Positions 28,766 to 37,454 of a stretch of DNA of 64,000 bases are shown piece after piece. Made by a program: the position numbers and the translations under genes. This DNA is from Candidatus Kaiserbacteria bacterium (GTDB lineage Bacteria > Patescibacteriota > Minisyncoccia > Phycocordibacterales > Phycocordibacteraceae). The notes beneath the pieces were generated by a model. The model was given only the letters and a program-made list of their open reading frames with translations, ran no database searches and was not told the DNA's origin. How positions within the stretch are numbered: position 1 is the first letter of the stretch; every line of letters begins with the position of its first letter. The DNA is taken from contig JAHFMN010000002.1 in assembly GCA_023264445.1 (NCBI GenBank), positions 66,365-130,364 of the forward strand, read 5' to 3'.

Positions 28766-30136
28766 GTGAATATGATTGATTTGAAAACCATCAATGCAGT
28801 GCTCGGGGAGTTTGAGGACAGAGGCATCAGTCGTGCGACGATGCTCGAAGCCATCGAGAGCGCCATGGCGACCGCCTACAAGCGCGAATACGGCAAGCGC
28901 GGGCAAGTCATAAACGCCAAACTCGACCTCAACACCGGCACTATCTCCTTTGAACAGGTAAAAACGATCGTGGATGACACGACCGTGCGTTTCCCTGCGC
29001 CCGGCGAGGAAATTCCTGAAGAACATGCGCATGGACATGGATTTCATGCCGATGAGGAACATCTCGCGGAGGGCGAATTGCCGCGCTTTGACTCTGAAAA
29101 GCATATTCTGCTTACCGATGCGAAATTGATAAAGCGCGGTGCGGCGCTCAGCGAGGAAATAATCTTCCCGCTTGAACCACAGGATGATTTCGGTCGTATT
29201 GCCGCGCAGACTGCCAAGCAGGTCGTCATCCAGAAGGTGCGCGAAGCGGAAAAGCTCTCGATGATGGAGGAATTCAGCGAGAAAAAGGGGCAGATCGTGA
29301 GCGGCATCGTACAGCGCATGGAGCGCGGCGCGATTTTTGTCGACCTCGGACGTACGACCGGCATCATTCCCTACGAGGAACAGATTCCGGGCGAGCGGTA
29401 CCGCATGGGTGAGCGCATTCGCGCCTATCTTTATGCGGTGGACGAGGGCTTCCGCGGCGTCTACTTGCGGCTTTCGCGCGCGCATCCGAAATTTGTCGTG
29501 AAGCTTTTCGAACTTGAGGCGCCAGAGCTCGCCGCTGGTTCTATTGAAGTGAAGGCGCTTGCGCGCGAGCCAGGCAGCCGGACTAAAATCGCACTTGCAT
29601 CGATTGATGCACACGTCGATCCGGTCGGCTCTCTCGTCGGTCAGCGTGGCGTGCGCGTCTCGACTGTGATGAGCGAGCTCGGCGGCGAGCGCATCGATAT
29701 TATTGAATGGAACGATGACGCCAAGGAATTCGTGAAAGAGGCGCTCTCCCCTGCTACGCCGCTTGAGGTCGTGCTTGATGAGGCCGAGCACCGCGCGACC
29801 GTGACGGTCGCCGAAGACGAACAGTCTCTCGCCATCGGTCGCGGCGGCCAAAATGTACGCCTTGCCGCAAAGCTTACGGGCTGGAATATCGATATCGTTT
29901 CTGCTGGCGGTGCCGAAGTTGCCGAGTCCGATGGCGAGACCGTTGCGGTCGCTCCGGAGGAAGAGAGTCCTGCAGAAGCTGCAGGCGTCATGCCGACTGA
30001 AAGCGCGGAAATAATTACTGACGCGACTCCGGAAATAACGGCACTACCGGCTGAAGAAGAGACAACGATACTTCCGGCGAGCGATGAAACCGCTGCTGAT
30101 AAAGAGGAAGATCGCGACAAAGCAACTGACGAATAA
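28766..30136 (+). CDS. nusA: Transcription termination/antitermination factor NusA
   Basis: FGRIAAQTAKQV, S1 domain, AREPGSRTK, VGQRGVRV, AIGRGGQNVRLAAKLTGW. Confidence 0.97.
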   Translation: MNMIDLKTINAVLGEFEDRGISRATMLEAIESAMATAYKREYGKRGQVINAKLDLNTGTISFEQVKTIVDDTTVRFPAPGEEIPEEHAHGHGFHADEEHLAEGELPRFDSEKHILLTDAKLIKRGAALSEEIIFPLEPQDDFGRIAAQTAKQVVIQKVREAEKLSMMEEFSEKKGQIVSGIVQRMERGAIFVDLGRTTGIIPYEEQIPGERYRMGERIRAYLYAVDEGFRGVYLRLSRAHPKFVVKLFELEAPELAAGSIEVKALAREPGSRTKIALASIDAHVDPVGSLVGQRGVRVSTVMSELGGERIDIIEWNDDAKEFVKEALSPATPLEVVLDEAEHRATVTVAEDEQSLAIGRGGQNVRLAAKLTGWNIDIVSAGGAEVAESDGETVAVAPEEESPAEAAGVMPTESAEIITDATPEITALPAEEETTILPASDETAADKEEDRDKATDE

Positions 30137-30163
30137 CGTATCGGTACGGTATAATCACCCTCT

Positions 30164-30682
30164 ATGAACTTACTGCACGATATTGATCCGGGTACGAAAG
30201 AGGAAATGAACGTCATCGTCGAGGTCCCGATGGGCTCTCATAATAAGTATGAGATCGACAAGAAGACCGGCCTTATCGCTCTTGATCGCGTCGCGCATAC
30301 TGCGCAAGGATTCCCTTTCGATTACGGCTTCGTGCCGCAGACGCTCTGGGACGATGATGATGCACTCGATGTGATATTGCTCACGACCTACCCTTTTCTA
30401 CCCGGCATCCTGGTTCGCGCTCGCCCGGTCGGCCTAATGAAAATGATCGATAGCGGAGACTCCGACGACAAAGTCATCGCTGTGCCGGTGGATGATCCGC
30501 GCTGGAAGGATGTGAAGGACCTCCCTGACGTCAACGTGCACACGCTCAAGGAAATGGAGCACTTCTACACGACCTATAAGAAGCTGCAGAACAAAGAGGT
30601 CATCGTTGGCGGTTTCGAGGGAAAGGCGGCTGCAGAAGCGGCATTCGAGCGCGCTCGAAAGATGTATGACGATGCAAAATAA
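30164..30682 (+). CDS. ppa: Inorganic pyrophosphatase (family I)
   Basis: KYEIDK, YGFVPQTLWDDDDALDV, DDKVIAVP. Confidence 0.95.
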   Translation: MNLLHDIDPGTKEEMNVIVEVPMGSHNKYEIDKKTGLIALDRVAHTAQGFPFDYGFVPQTLWDDDDALDVILLTTYPFLPGILVRARPVGLMKMIDSGDSDDKVIAVPVDDPRWKDVKDLPDVNVHTLKEMEHFYTTYKKLQNKEVIVGGFEGKAAAEAAFERARKMYDDAK

Positions 30683-30938
30683 TACGGAACCGGAGAAACT
30701 CCTTTCTGTCGGCGAACCGGGCATTGAGGTAAGTGCATTGCCGATAACGCGTACCCCTGCAGAACCTATAGAGCCAGTTGTCGCCCTCCCTGGTGTGCCG
30801 TCGCAAAAACAGCAGCAGTGGGGCGTCGTGATTTCGATTATTGTTATCGTCGGCATGATTGTCATCGGCGCATTCTATTCTTGGGGAAAGCGGATCGCTG
30901 AACAGAATCCCTCCGCAGCGGCCTCAATCGCGCAATAG
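30666..30938 (+). CDS. Small single-pass membrane protein
   Basis: [25 protein letters not shown] segment; start uncertain (30666 or 30672). Confidence 0.6.
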   Translation: MTMQNNTEPEKLLSVGEPGIEVSALPITRTPAEPIEPVVALPGVPSQKQQQWGVVISIIVIVGMIVIGAFYSWGKRIAEQNPSAAASIAQ

Positions 30939-30991
30939 TCTTACGTAGCTTGCTTGGCAATAGAATTCAGAATAAAATCACCTCCTACCCT

Positions 30992-31591
30992 ATGAACAAA
31001 ATGACACCCCGCGCATCCATGCTTGTGCCGATGGTTATTGAAAAGAGCCAGTTCGGCGAGCGTGCCTACGATATCTACTCGCGCCTTTTGAAGGAGCGTA
31101 TCGTCTTTCTTGGTGGACCTATCGACGACGACGTTGCGAACCTCGTTATCGCGCAGCTCCTCTTTCTTGAAGCGGAAGACCCGAAGAAGGATATTTCGCT
31201 CTACATCAATTCTCCGGGCGGCTCGGTAACCGCCACGCTCGCGATGGTCGACACCATGAATCATGTGAAGCCCCCCGTCTCGACTGTCTGTGTCGGCATG
31301 GCGGCCTCGGGCGCGGCAATACTTCTCTCTGCCGGAGAGAAGGGTAAGCGCTACGCGCTTCCGAATGCTGAAGTGATGATCCATCAGCCGCACGGCGGTG
31401 CCGAAGGTCAGGCGACCGATATTGAAATCACTGCAAAGCAGATACTGAAGCTCCGTGCTGTCCTCAACAAGATACTCGCGAAGAATACTGGCCAGGCACT
31501 CTCAAAAATAGAAAAGGATGTGGAGCGCGACTTCTTCATGACCGCAGATGAAGCCAAGAAATACGGCCTTGTCGATAAAGTATATTCGTAG
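30992..31591 (+). CDS. clpP: ATP-dependent Clp protease proteolytic subunit
   Basis: [31 protein letters not shown]. Confidence 0.97.
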   Translation: MNKMTPRASMLVPMVIEKSQFGERAYDIYSRLLKERIVFLGGPIDDDVANLVIAQLLFLEAEDPKKDISLYINSPGGSVTATLAMVDTMNHVKPPVSTVCVGMAASGAAILLSAGEKGKRYALPNAEVMIHQPHGGAEGQATDIEITAKQILKLRAVLNKILAKNTGQALSKIEKDVERDFFMTADEAKKYGLVDKVYS

Positions 31592-31610
31592 ATCATAGGT
31601 TATCGGAGAG

Positions 31611-31640
31611 ACACGCGCCACTTCGTGGCGCGTGTTGTTT
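31611..31640 (+). terminator. clpP intrinsic terminator
   Basis: ACACGCGCCAC-TTC-GTGGCGCGTGT followed by TGTTT. Confidence 0.7.
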
Positions 31641-31759
31641 GTGGTAGAGTCCCCGCATACCGCTTCGCTGATTGATTGATTCGAACGTTCTGCCGATCCT
31701 CTTCTTTTAGAACTTCATCCTGTTGTGCTTTGTGCGACAGGGCTAACAAAACGGGCTGT

Positions 31760-33289
31760 ATGTCACTCAAAATCATACTAATCATGCTTGCGCTTTCGGG
31801 CGTGGGCGGCGTTGCACTCGGCTACGTGCTGCGCGTACTCATCGGCCTCGCGCAGCGCGGCTCGATCGAGCTCGACATAAAGCAGAAACTCTTGCAGGCG
31901 AAGGAGCAGGCGGCGAAAATCATCGCCGAAGCCGAATTTCGTGGCGAGGTTGTGGAGACGGAACGCCTGGCACCCGTCGAAGGGCGTGAGGAGAAGGTCG
32001 CCGCGCGTGAAGAACGCGTCGCTTCGCGTGAGGAATTTCTTGATTCACGCCAGAGAGACTTGGATGAAAAGGAGGACGATGTACGTGCACGCGAGCAGGA
32101 AGCGGCTCGCGCGAAAAGCGAAGCAGAAAAACTCGCAGTGGAGCGCACCAAAGAGCTTGCGAAAGTTGCTCACCTCTCCGAAGATAAGGCACGCGAAGAA
32201 CTTTTTTCAGAAATCGAACGCACCAATGAGGAAGCGATTCTCCTCCGGCTTCAGAAACTGGCTGCGCACGGAGAAGAACGCCTTGAAGAGAAGGCGCGTA
32301 CGCTCCTGACAACGATCATTCACCGCATGGGAAATGCAGTGAATGCAGACGTCATGTCGCTCTCGGTCGCGATTCCTTCAGAGGAGATGAAGGGGAAGAT
32401 TATCGGCAAAGAAGGCCGCAATATCAAGGCATTTGAGCGCGCGACCGGCGTCGACGTCCTTATCGACGACGTGCCAGGCCGGATAACGCTCGCCTCTTTT
32501 GACCCGCTCCGCCGCTCTATCGCGAAAATCGCTTTGGAGAAGCTCATCGTTGATGGCCGCATCCAGCCCGCCAAGATAGAGGAGATAGTGGAAAAGACAA
32601 AGGTGGAGGTTGGAGAAATCGTGAAGCAGAAAGGCGAAGCAGCGGCGTATGAAGCTGGCGTCATAGGCCTAGACCCGAAGCTCACTGCACTCCTTGGGCG
32701 GCTTAATTTCCGCACGAGTTATGGGCAGAACGTGCTCCAGCATTCTATCGAGATGGCGCACATCGCCGGTATGCTTGCCACGGAACTTGGAATCGACCAA
32801 ACCATAGCCCGTACTGCTGCCCTTCTTCATGACATTGGGAAGGCGGTTGATCACGAGGTACAAGGCACGCACGTCGAGATCGGACGCCGTGTGCTGGAGA
32901 AATTCGGTATTGATAAGCGTGTGATTCTCGCAATGCAGTCGCATCATGAGGAGTATCCCTATGAAACACCAGAGTCGGTCATCGTGCAGGTGGCGGATGC
33001 CATCTCCGGAGGCCGCCCGGGCGCTCGTCGCGACACGGTTGACCGCTATCTGGAGCGCCTTGGAGACTTGGAACGCCTTGCGGGCACTTTTGAAGGCGTT
33101 GAGAAGGTGTATGCGATAGCGGCAGGGCGTGAAATCCGTGTCTTCGTGAACCCCGGCAAGGTAACTGACCTCGCCATGCACAAGCTTGCGCGCGATATTG
33201 CAAAGCGCATCCAAGAGGAGCTCAAATATCCGGGCGAAATCAAAGTAAATATCATCCGCGAAAATCGGGTCGTTGAATTTGCACGCTGA
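31760..33289 (+). CDS. rny: Ribonuclease Y
   Basis: TM anchor, coiled coil, KH (KGKIIGKEGRNI), HD (LLHDIGK), ADAISGGRPGAR. Confidence 0.96.
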   Translation: MSLKIILIMLALSGVGGVALGYVLRVLIGLAQRGSIELDIKQKLLQAKEQAAKIIAEAEFRGEVVETERLAPVEGREEKVAAREERVASREEFLDSRQRDLDEKEDDVRAREQEAARAKSEAEKLAVERTKELAKVAHLSEDKAREELFSEIERTNEEAILLRLQKLAAHGEERLEEKARTLLTTIIHRMGNAVNADVMSLSVAIPSEEMKGKIIGKEGRNIKAFERATGVDVLIDDVPGRITLASFDPLRRSIAKIALEKLIVDGRIQPAKIEEIVEKTKVEVGEIVKQKGEAAAYEAGVIGLDPKLTALLGRLNFRTSYGQNVLQHSIEMAHIAGMLATELGIDQTIARTAALLHDIGKAVDHEVQGTHVEIGRRVLEKFGIDKRVILAMQSHHEEYPYETPESVIVQVADAISGGRPGARRDTVDRYLERLGDLERLAGTFEGVEKVYAIAAGREIRVFVNPGKVTDLAMHKLARDIAKRIQEELKYPGEIKVNIIRENRVVEFAR

Positions 33290-33404
33290 TTCCACGCTAT
33301 CCACGCATCTTGTAAAGGCCCATTGCGCAAAATGGCGTGTTTCCTATACTTTCCCCCATACCCGCCCCGTAGAGGCCGCGGGGATTACCAGCTAGCAGAT
33401 ACTC

Positions 33405-33677
33405 ATGAATAAAGCAGATATCGTAGACAAGGTGCACGGCGTCCTCGGCACGACGAAGGCCGACGCCGAGCGCGCCGTCGAGACGATGATCGATTCGATT
33501 GTTTCCGGCCTGAAAGGCGGTGACGAAGTATCGGTCGCAGGCCTCGGCATCTTTGCGACCAAGGCGCGCCCTGCACGCCAGGGCCGCAATCCCCGCACGG
33601 GCGAGACGATTCACATCAATGCGACCCGCACGGCGAAGTTCCGCCCCGCAAAGGCGCTCAAGGACGCAGTCAAATAG
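33405..33677 (+). CDS. hup: HU family DNA-binding protein
   Basis: MNKADIV...GLGIF...RQGRNPRTGE...KFRPAKALKDAV. Confidence 0.95.
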   Translation: MNKADIVDKVHGVLGTTKADAERAVETMIDSIVSGLKGGDEVSVAGLGIFATKARPARQGRNPRTGETIHINATRTAKFRPAKALKDAVK

Positions 33678-33818
33678 TACGCGTCGCGACCCGACGGACA
33701 TTTAACGTTTCTACATTTCAAGAAAAGCCGCGGCACCCGAGAGGGTACCGGGGTTTCTCTTGCATAATCCTTATAGAGAGGAGTAGGATGACTGCCAGTT
33801 CACTTCGAGGGGAATGAA

Positions 33819-33995
33819 ATGACAAGATCGTGCAATGTCGGGATTGATCTGGATGTGTTCGATGCATTCCGCAATCCGCGAAAGAAAGCATCGAAGCCGG
33901 AACCGAAAAAACCAGCGGTAAATGTCTATCGGGCAGCACGCCAGCTCGAGAGGCTCATTCCGAACAGTTCGGTTTGGAGACGGACCGTGTATTGA
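33819..33995 (+). CDS. Putative 58-aa basic orphan protein
   Basis: Hand-translated MTRSCNVGIDLDVFDAFRNPRKKASKPEPKKPAVNVYRAARQLERLIPNSSVWRRTVY*; GAGGGG upstream; hairpin at 34018-34041. Confidence 0.4.
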   Translation: MTRSCNVGIDLDVFDAFRNPRKKASKPEPKKPAVNVYRAARQLERLIPNSSVWRRTVY

Positions 33996-34041
33996 CTCTT
34001 GCAGTACTCACCGCCCCAGAGGGCCCTCACAAGGGCCCTCT

Positions 34042-35169
34042 TTATTTCAAATACTTCTTTTTCTTTATTTTGTCCGGCAGGTATGATTCACCGTCGTATT
34101 TCTCATATCCTTTTCCATAATCCTGTTCTTTCATGAGCTTCGTGACAGCGTTACGTATCTTTTTCGGCACGGGCAGGTTGCCAAATGCATGCACGTCTGC
34201 TTGCGCCGCACGGAGCGCATCATACGCAGAGCGGTCCTTCTTCGCTTGGGCGAGATAGGCGACGCCGTGGGCGAGATTGATGGCGCACTCCGGGTAGCCG
34301 ATGGTCTCGCAGGCGCGGAATACGGCATTTGCGACGACGAGTGCGGTGGGCTGGGCGAGCCCAACGTCTTCGCTTGCGAATATCACCATCCTCCGCGCGA
34401 TAAAGAGCGGGTCCTCCCCTGCTTCCACCATCCGCGCAAGGTAGTAGAGTGCGGCATCAGCTTGCGAGGCCCGCATGCTTTTTATAAAAGCGCTGACAGT
34501 GTCGTAATGCTCCTCTCCTTTCTTGTCGTAGCGCAGATGCGGCGATTCAAGCGCCTTGTTTAAAGTCTCCGTCGTCACTTCTCCATACAGACTCTGTGCG
34601 CCCTCCATCATGCCGAGCGCCTTGCGTGCGTCGCCGTTTGCATAGCCCATGAGCCAATCGAATGCGTCCTTCCCCACTTTCAGCTTTGTACGTTTGATGA
34701 TTGCGCGCAATGCCTCTTCGGAAAGCGGTTCAAGCACGAAGACGCGGCAACGCGAGAGAAGCGGAGCGATAACCTCAAACGATGGGTTCTCGGTTGTCGC
34801 GCCGATGAGCGTGAGTTCCCCGCTCTCCACGTATGGCAGGAGAAAATCCTGCTGGCTTTTATTAAAGCGATGGATTTCATCAAGGAAGAGCACTTTGTCC
34901 TTCCCTTTTGCATCCGCTGAAACGATTTTCCGAATATCATCCTTCCCCGCTGATACGGCGGATAATTCAAAAAGTTCTGTGTCGAGTGCGCGCGCATAAA
35001 TGCGTGCAATGGTGGTCTTTCCCGTCCCCGGTGGTCCCCAGAGCACAAACGAGAACCGATGCTTCTTCTCCACCGCCACCCGTAAGGGCTTTCCTGCTCC
35101 GACAAGGTGCTCCTGCCCGACGACTTCATCGAGCGTCTTCGGTCGTATTCGTGCGGCAAGCGGCTCCAT
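34042..35169 (-). CDS. rarA: Replication-associated recombination protein A (RarA/MgsA)
   Basis: [45 protein letters not shown]. Confidence 0.96.
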   Translation of the reverse strand: MEPLAARIRPKTLDEVVGQEHLVGAGKPLRVAVEKKHRFSFVLWGPPGTGKTTIARIYARALDTELFELSAVSAGKDDIRKIVSADAKGKDKVLFLDEIHRFNKSQQDFLLPYVESGELTLIGATTENPSFEVIAPLLSRCRVFVLEPLSEEALRAIIKRTKLKVGKDAFDWLMGYANGDARKALGMMEGAQSLYGEVTTETLNKALESPHLRYDKKGEEHYDTVSAFIKSMRASQADAALYYLARMVEAGEDPLFIARRMVIFASEDVGLAQPTALVVANAVFRACETIGYPECAINLAHGVAYLAQAKKDRSAYDALRAAQADVHAFGNLPVPKKIRNAVTKLMKEQDYGKGYEKYDGESYLPDKIKKKKYLK

Positions 35170-35218
35170 GCTCCTATGGTACTCTCGTTGAGGATTTTTG
35201 CCCTACAGGGCCACTTTG

Positions 35219-35292
35219 TGGTGCGGGATAGGAGAATCGAACTCCTGCTCTCAGTTTGGAAAACTGACGTTCTACCATTAAACTAATCCCGC
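35219..35292 (-). tRNA. tRNA-Gly(TCC), CCA encoded
   Basis: Cloverleaf GCGGGAT...TCAGT-TTTCCAA-ACTGA...TTCGATT...ATCCCGC-A-CCA. Confidence 0.95.
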
Positions 35293-35350
35293 CCTTCTTC
35301 GCTAAAGCTACAAAGGGCACAGTGCGAGAATACCATTTTTAGGTTAGCGT

Positions 35351-36469
35351 ATGAATATGCCTCGCCTCCTCCCTTATCTCGGTGCCGTTGTGGCGGCATT
35401 CTTTTTCATTCTTTTTGTGAATACGTTTGCGCATGTGCCGGCCATTTTTGTTAAAGCTCCTATCGTGCCGGATACAAATCTGGCTGCACAAACGAGCACG
35501 GAACTTTCTTCGGAGCCAGATGCAACCACTTCCCCCGCTACTGCGGCGGCTCCCGCGACTCCGCAAACACAGAAAGCACCGGCATTAAACGCATCGGCCA
35601 TCCAACCGGTGCAGTTCCCCTCGCTACCTCCTGTTCCGACAAGCGCGGAGCTCGATGCAGCCGCTTCCGTACTACGCAATGCGCTCGTTAATATTCTCTG
35701 CTATGCACCTTTTGGCAGCGGCTTGCACTCGATTTCTGGCAGCGGCGTCTTCATCAGTTCAAAAGGCATTATTCTCACCAACGCGCACATCGGGCAGTAT
35801 TTCCTCTTTTCTGATCTCGGCGTTTCCTGCACTATCCGCACGGGAAGCCCGGCCACAGATCGTTATGAAGCCGACCTTATGTTTATTTCGCCCGCGTGGG
35901 TCAACACAAATCCGGATGTGCTTACCAAGGCCTCGCCAATCGGGACTGGCGAGCATGACTTCGCACTCCTCGCTGTGACAAAGAGCGCAACGAGGGCGGC
36001 GCTTCCCGCATCCTTCCCCTTCATATCACTTGCAGCGAGCCCCCCTTTCCCTGGTACCCCCATTATCATAGCTTCGTACGGTGCACAGTTTCTTGTATCA
36101 AGTCAGGTAGAATCTTCCCTCTTCCCCACCATCGTGTTCGGCTCGGTGAAAGATGTGTTTACCTTTGCTCTCAATACCATTGACGTGCTTGCGCTTGGCG
36201 GTTCCGCCGCCGCGCAAGAAGGATCTTCAGGAGGAGGTGTCGCAGATGCCTCTGGGGAACTGGTAGGGACCATTACGACGAGTACTGTTGAGGGTTCAAC
36301 CGACACTCGCTCACTCGATGCTATTACGGCTTCCTATATCCGTTCCGACTATGCAAGCGAGACCGGGCGTCCACTCGATCTCCTCCTCGCCGGGTCGACC
36401 ACCACTGCCATAGCCGATTTTGCTCCGCAGATACCGGTACTTGAAGCGATCTTAACCGCTCATCTGTAA
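35351..36469 (+). CDS. Membrane-anchored trypsin-like (S1) serine protease
   Basis: GSGVFI..GIILTNAH, DFALL, EGSSGG catalytic triad motifs. Confidence 0.85.
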   Translation: MNMPRLLPYLGAVVAAFFFILFVNTFAHVPAIFVKAPIVPDTNLAAQTSTELSSEPDATTSPATAAAPATPQTQKAPALNASAIQPVQFPSLPPVPTSAELDAAASVLRNALVNILCYAPFGSGLHSISGSGVFISSKGIILTNAHIGQYFLFSDLGVSCTIRTGSPATDRYEADLMFISPAWVNTNPDVLTKASPIGTGEHDFALLAVTKSATRAALPASFPFISLAASPPFPGTPIIIASYGAQFLVSSQVESSLFPTIVFGSVKDVFTFALNTIDVLALGGSAAAQEGSSGGGVADASGELVGTITTSTVEGSTDTRSLDAITASYIRSDYASETGRPLDLLLAGSTTTAIADFAPQIPVLEAILTAHL

Positions 36470-36487
36470 CTTTAGTCGGGTTTTTTG

Positions 36488-36558
36488 TCGGGGCGCCGGG
36501 AATCGAACCCGGTCTATCTGCTCCCAAAGCAGGCGTACTACCGGTATACTACGCCCCG
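36488..36558 (-). tRNA. tRNA-Pro(TGG), CCA not encoded
   Basis: CGGGGCG acceptor stem, CTGC-TTTGGGA-GCAG anticodon arm, GTTCGATTC. Confidence 0.93.
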
Positions 36559-36659
36559 ATATGGAGGAAGGGTGGCGCAAGTCCTCTTGCGAGCACTCTC
36601 TCCGTAATATCGAGGCGAAAGCTTTGCTTACGCCCCGATGTTCAAGCACTCTAGCAGTT

Positions 36660-37055
36660 TTATACGATTTGCGGCAGGTAGCGGACACGTGCCATGCCGT
36701 CTCCGCGGCGCAACCATACGAGACAACCGTCTACCTGCCACTCTCCTTCCCAGTTCTTCTCAAGGACATACCACTCCCCGGTCCGTGCGACCTTCCGTAT
36801 TTTCATTTCATGCAGATTGAGTGACGGATCATAGTTATCGCGGGCATCTTTTTCAACAGGAAATTCGTCAACAAGAATCGTCTTCACTTCAATAACGTGC
36901 AGCGTATCTTCGCTTCTTGCGACGATGTCCAACTCGCCGGTTTTACGCATCACATTCCGGTCGATAACCGAAAACCTATGCCTTTTGAGGTACTCGGCAG
37001 CCACGTTTTCCCCTAGAGCACCAATTTCCTTCCTGGTCTTAGAGGAAAGGTCCAC
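36660..37055 (-). CDS. YraN (UPF0102) family nuclease-like protein
   Basis: GALGENVAAEYL...GELDIVA...IEVKT. Confidence 0.85.
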   Translation of the reverse strand: MDLSSKTRKEIGALGENVAAEYLKRHRFSVIDRNVMRKTGELDIVARSEDTLHVIEVKTILVDEFPVEKDARDNYDPSLNLHEMKIRKVARTGEWYVLEKNWEGEWQVDGCLVWLRRGDGMARVRYLPQIV

Positions 37056-37119
37056 GGCTTTTAGAAATATGGCTCATTTGCTCACTATTTCACAGACTTG
37101 TTGAAAAGTCCTATGTCCT

Positions 37120-37158
37120 TTATCCCCAATATCCCCTATGTTATCCACTTTTACCACA
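37120..37158 (+). promoter_or_regulatory. Tandem array of four DnaA-box-like 9-mers
   Basis: TTATCCCCA 37120, ATATCCCCT 37129, TTATCCACT 37141, TTTACCACA 37150, all in the same orientation. Confidence 0.45.
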
Positions 37159-37225
37159 TTACCAAAAGACAGGCAAAAACAGCCTAGTCCTCAATGAGGA
37201 CTCTCACGTCCCCACTCGTTCGCTG

Positions 37226-37296
37226 TGCGGGTAGGGAGAATCGAACTCCCATCATCTGATTGGCAACCAGATGTTCTACCATTGAACCATACCCGC
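37226..37296 (-). tRNA. tRNA-Gly(GCC), CCA not encoded
   Basis: GCGGGTA/TACCCGC acceptor stem; TCTGG-TTGCCAA-TCAGA anticodon arm. Confidence 0.93.
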
Positions 37297-37345
37297 GCTA
37301 GGCGGCATGATACCACATCGCCCGATTCAATTTCTAGTAGCTTTG

Positions 37346-37417
37346 TGCCCCGACCAGGACTCGAACCTGGAACGACAGTTCCGAAGACTGTTGTGATATC
37401 CATTTCACCATCGGGGC
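37346..37417 (-). tRNA. tRNA-Arg(TCG), CCA not encoded
   Basis: GCCCCGA/TCGGGGC acceptor stem; ACAGT-CTTCGGA-ACTGT anticodon arm. Confidence 0.9.
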
Positions 37418-37454
37418 GTATCTGCATAGTAAGGTACTATGCTACGATTTGGAA

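Noticed and set aside
28736-29851. 371-aa ORF antisense to nusA (similar: 19165-20127, 26910-27665, 58895-59743, 60527-61480)
   Set aside because: Shadow ORFs opposite well-conserved GC-rich genes, with no recognisable motifs.
31640-31759. Possible 6S RNA upstream of rny
   Set aside because: Too short and no long rod-like pairing; looks like a 5' UTR with one weak hairpin.
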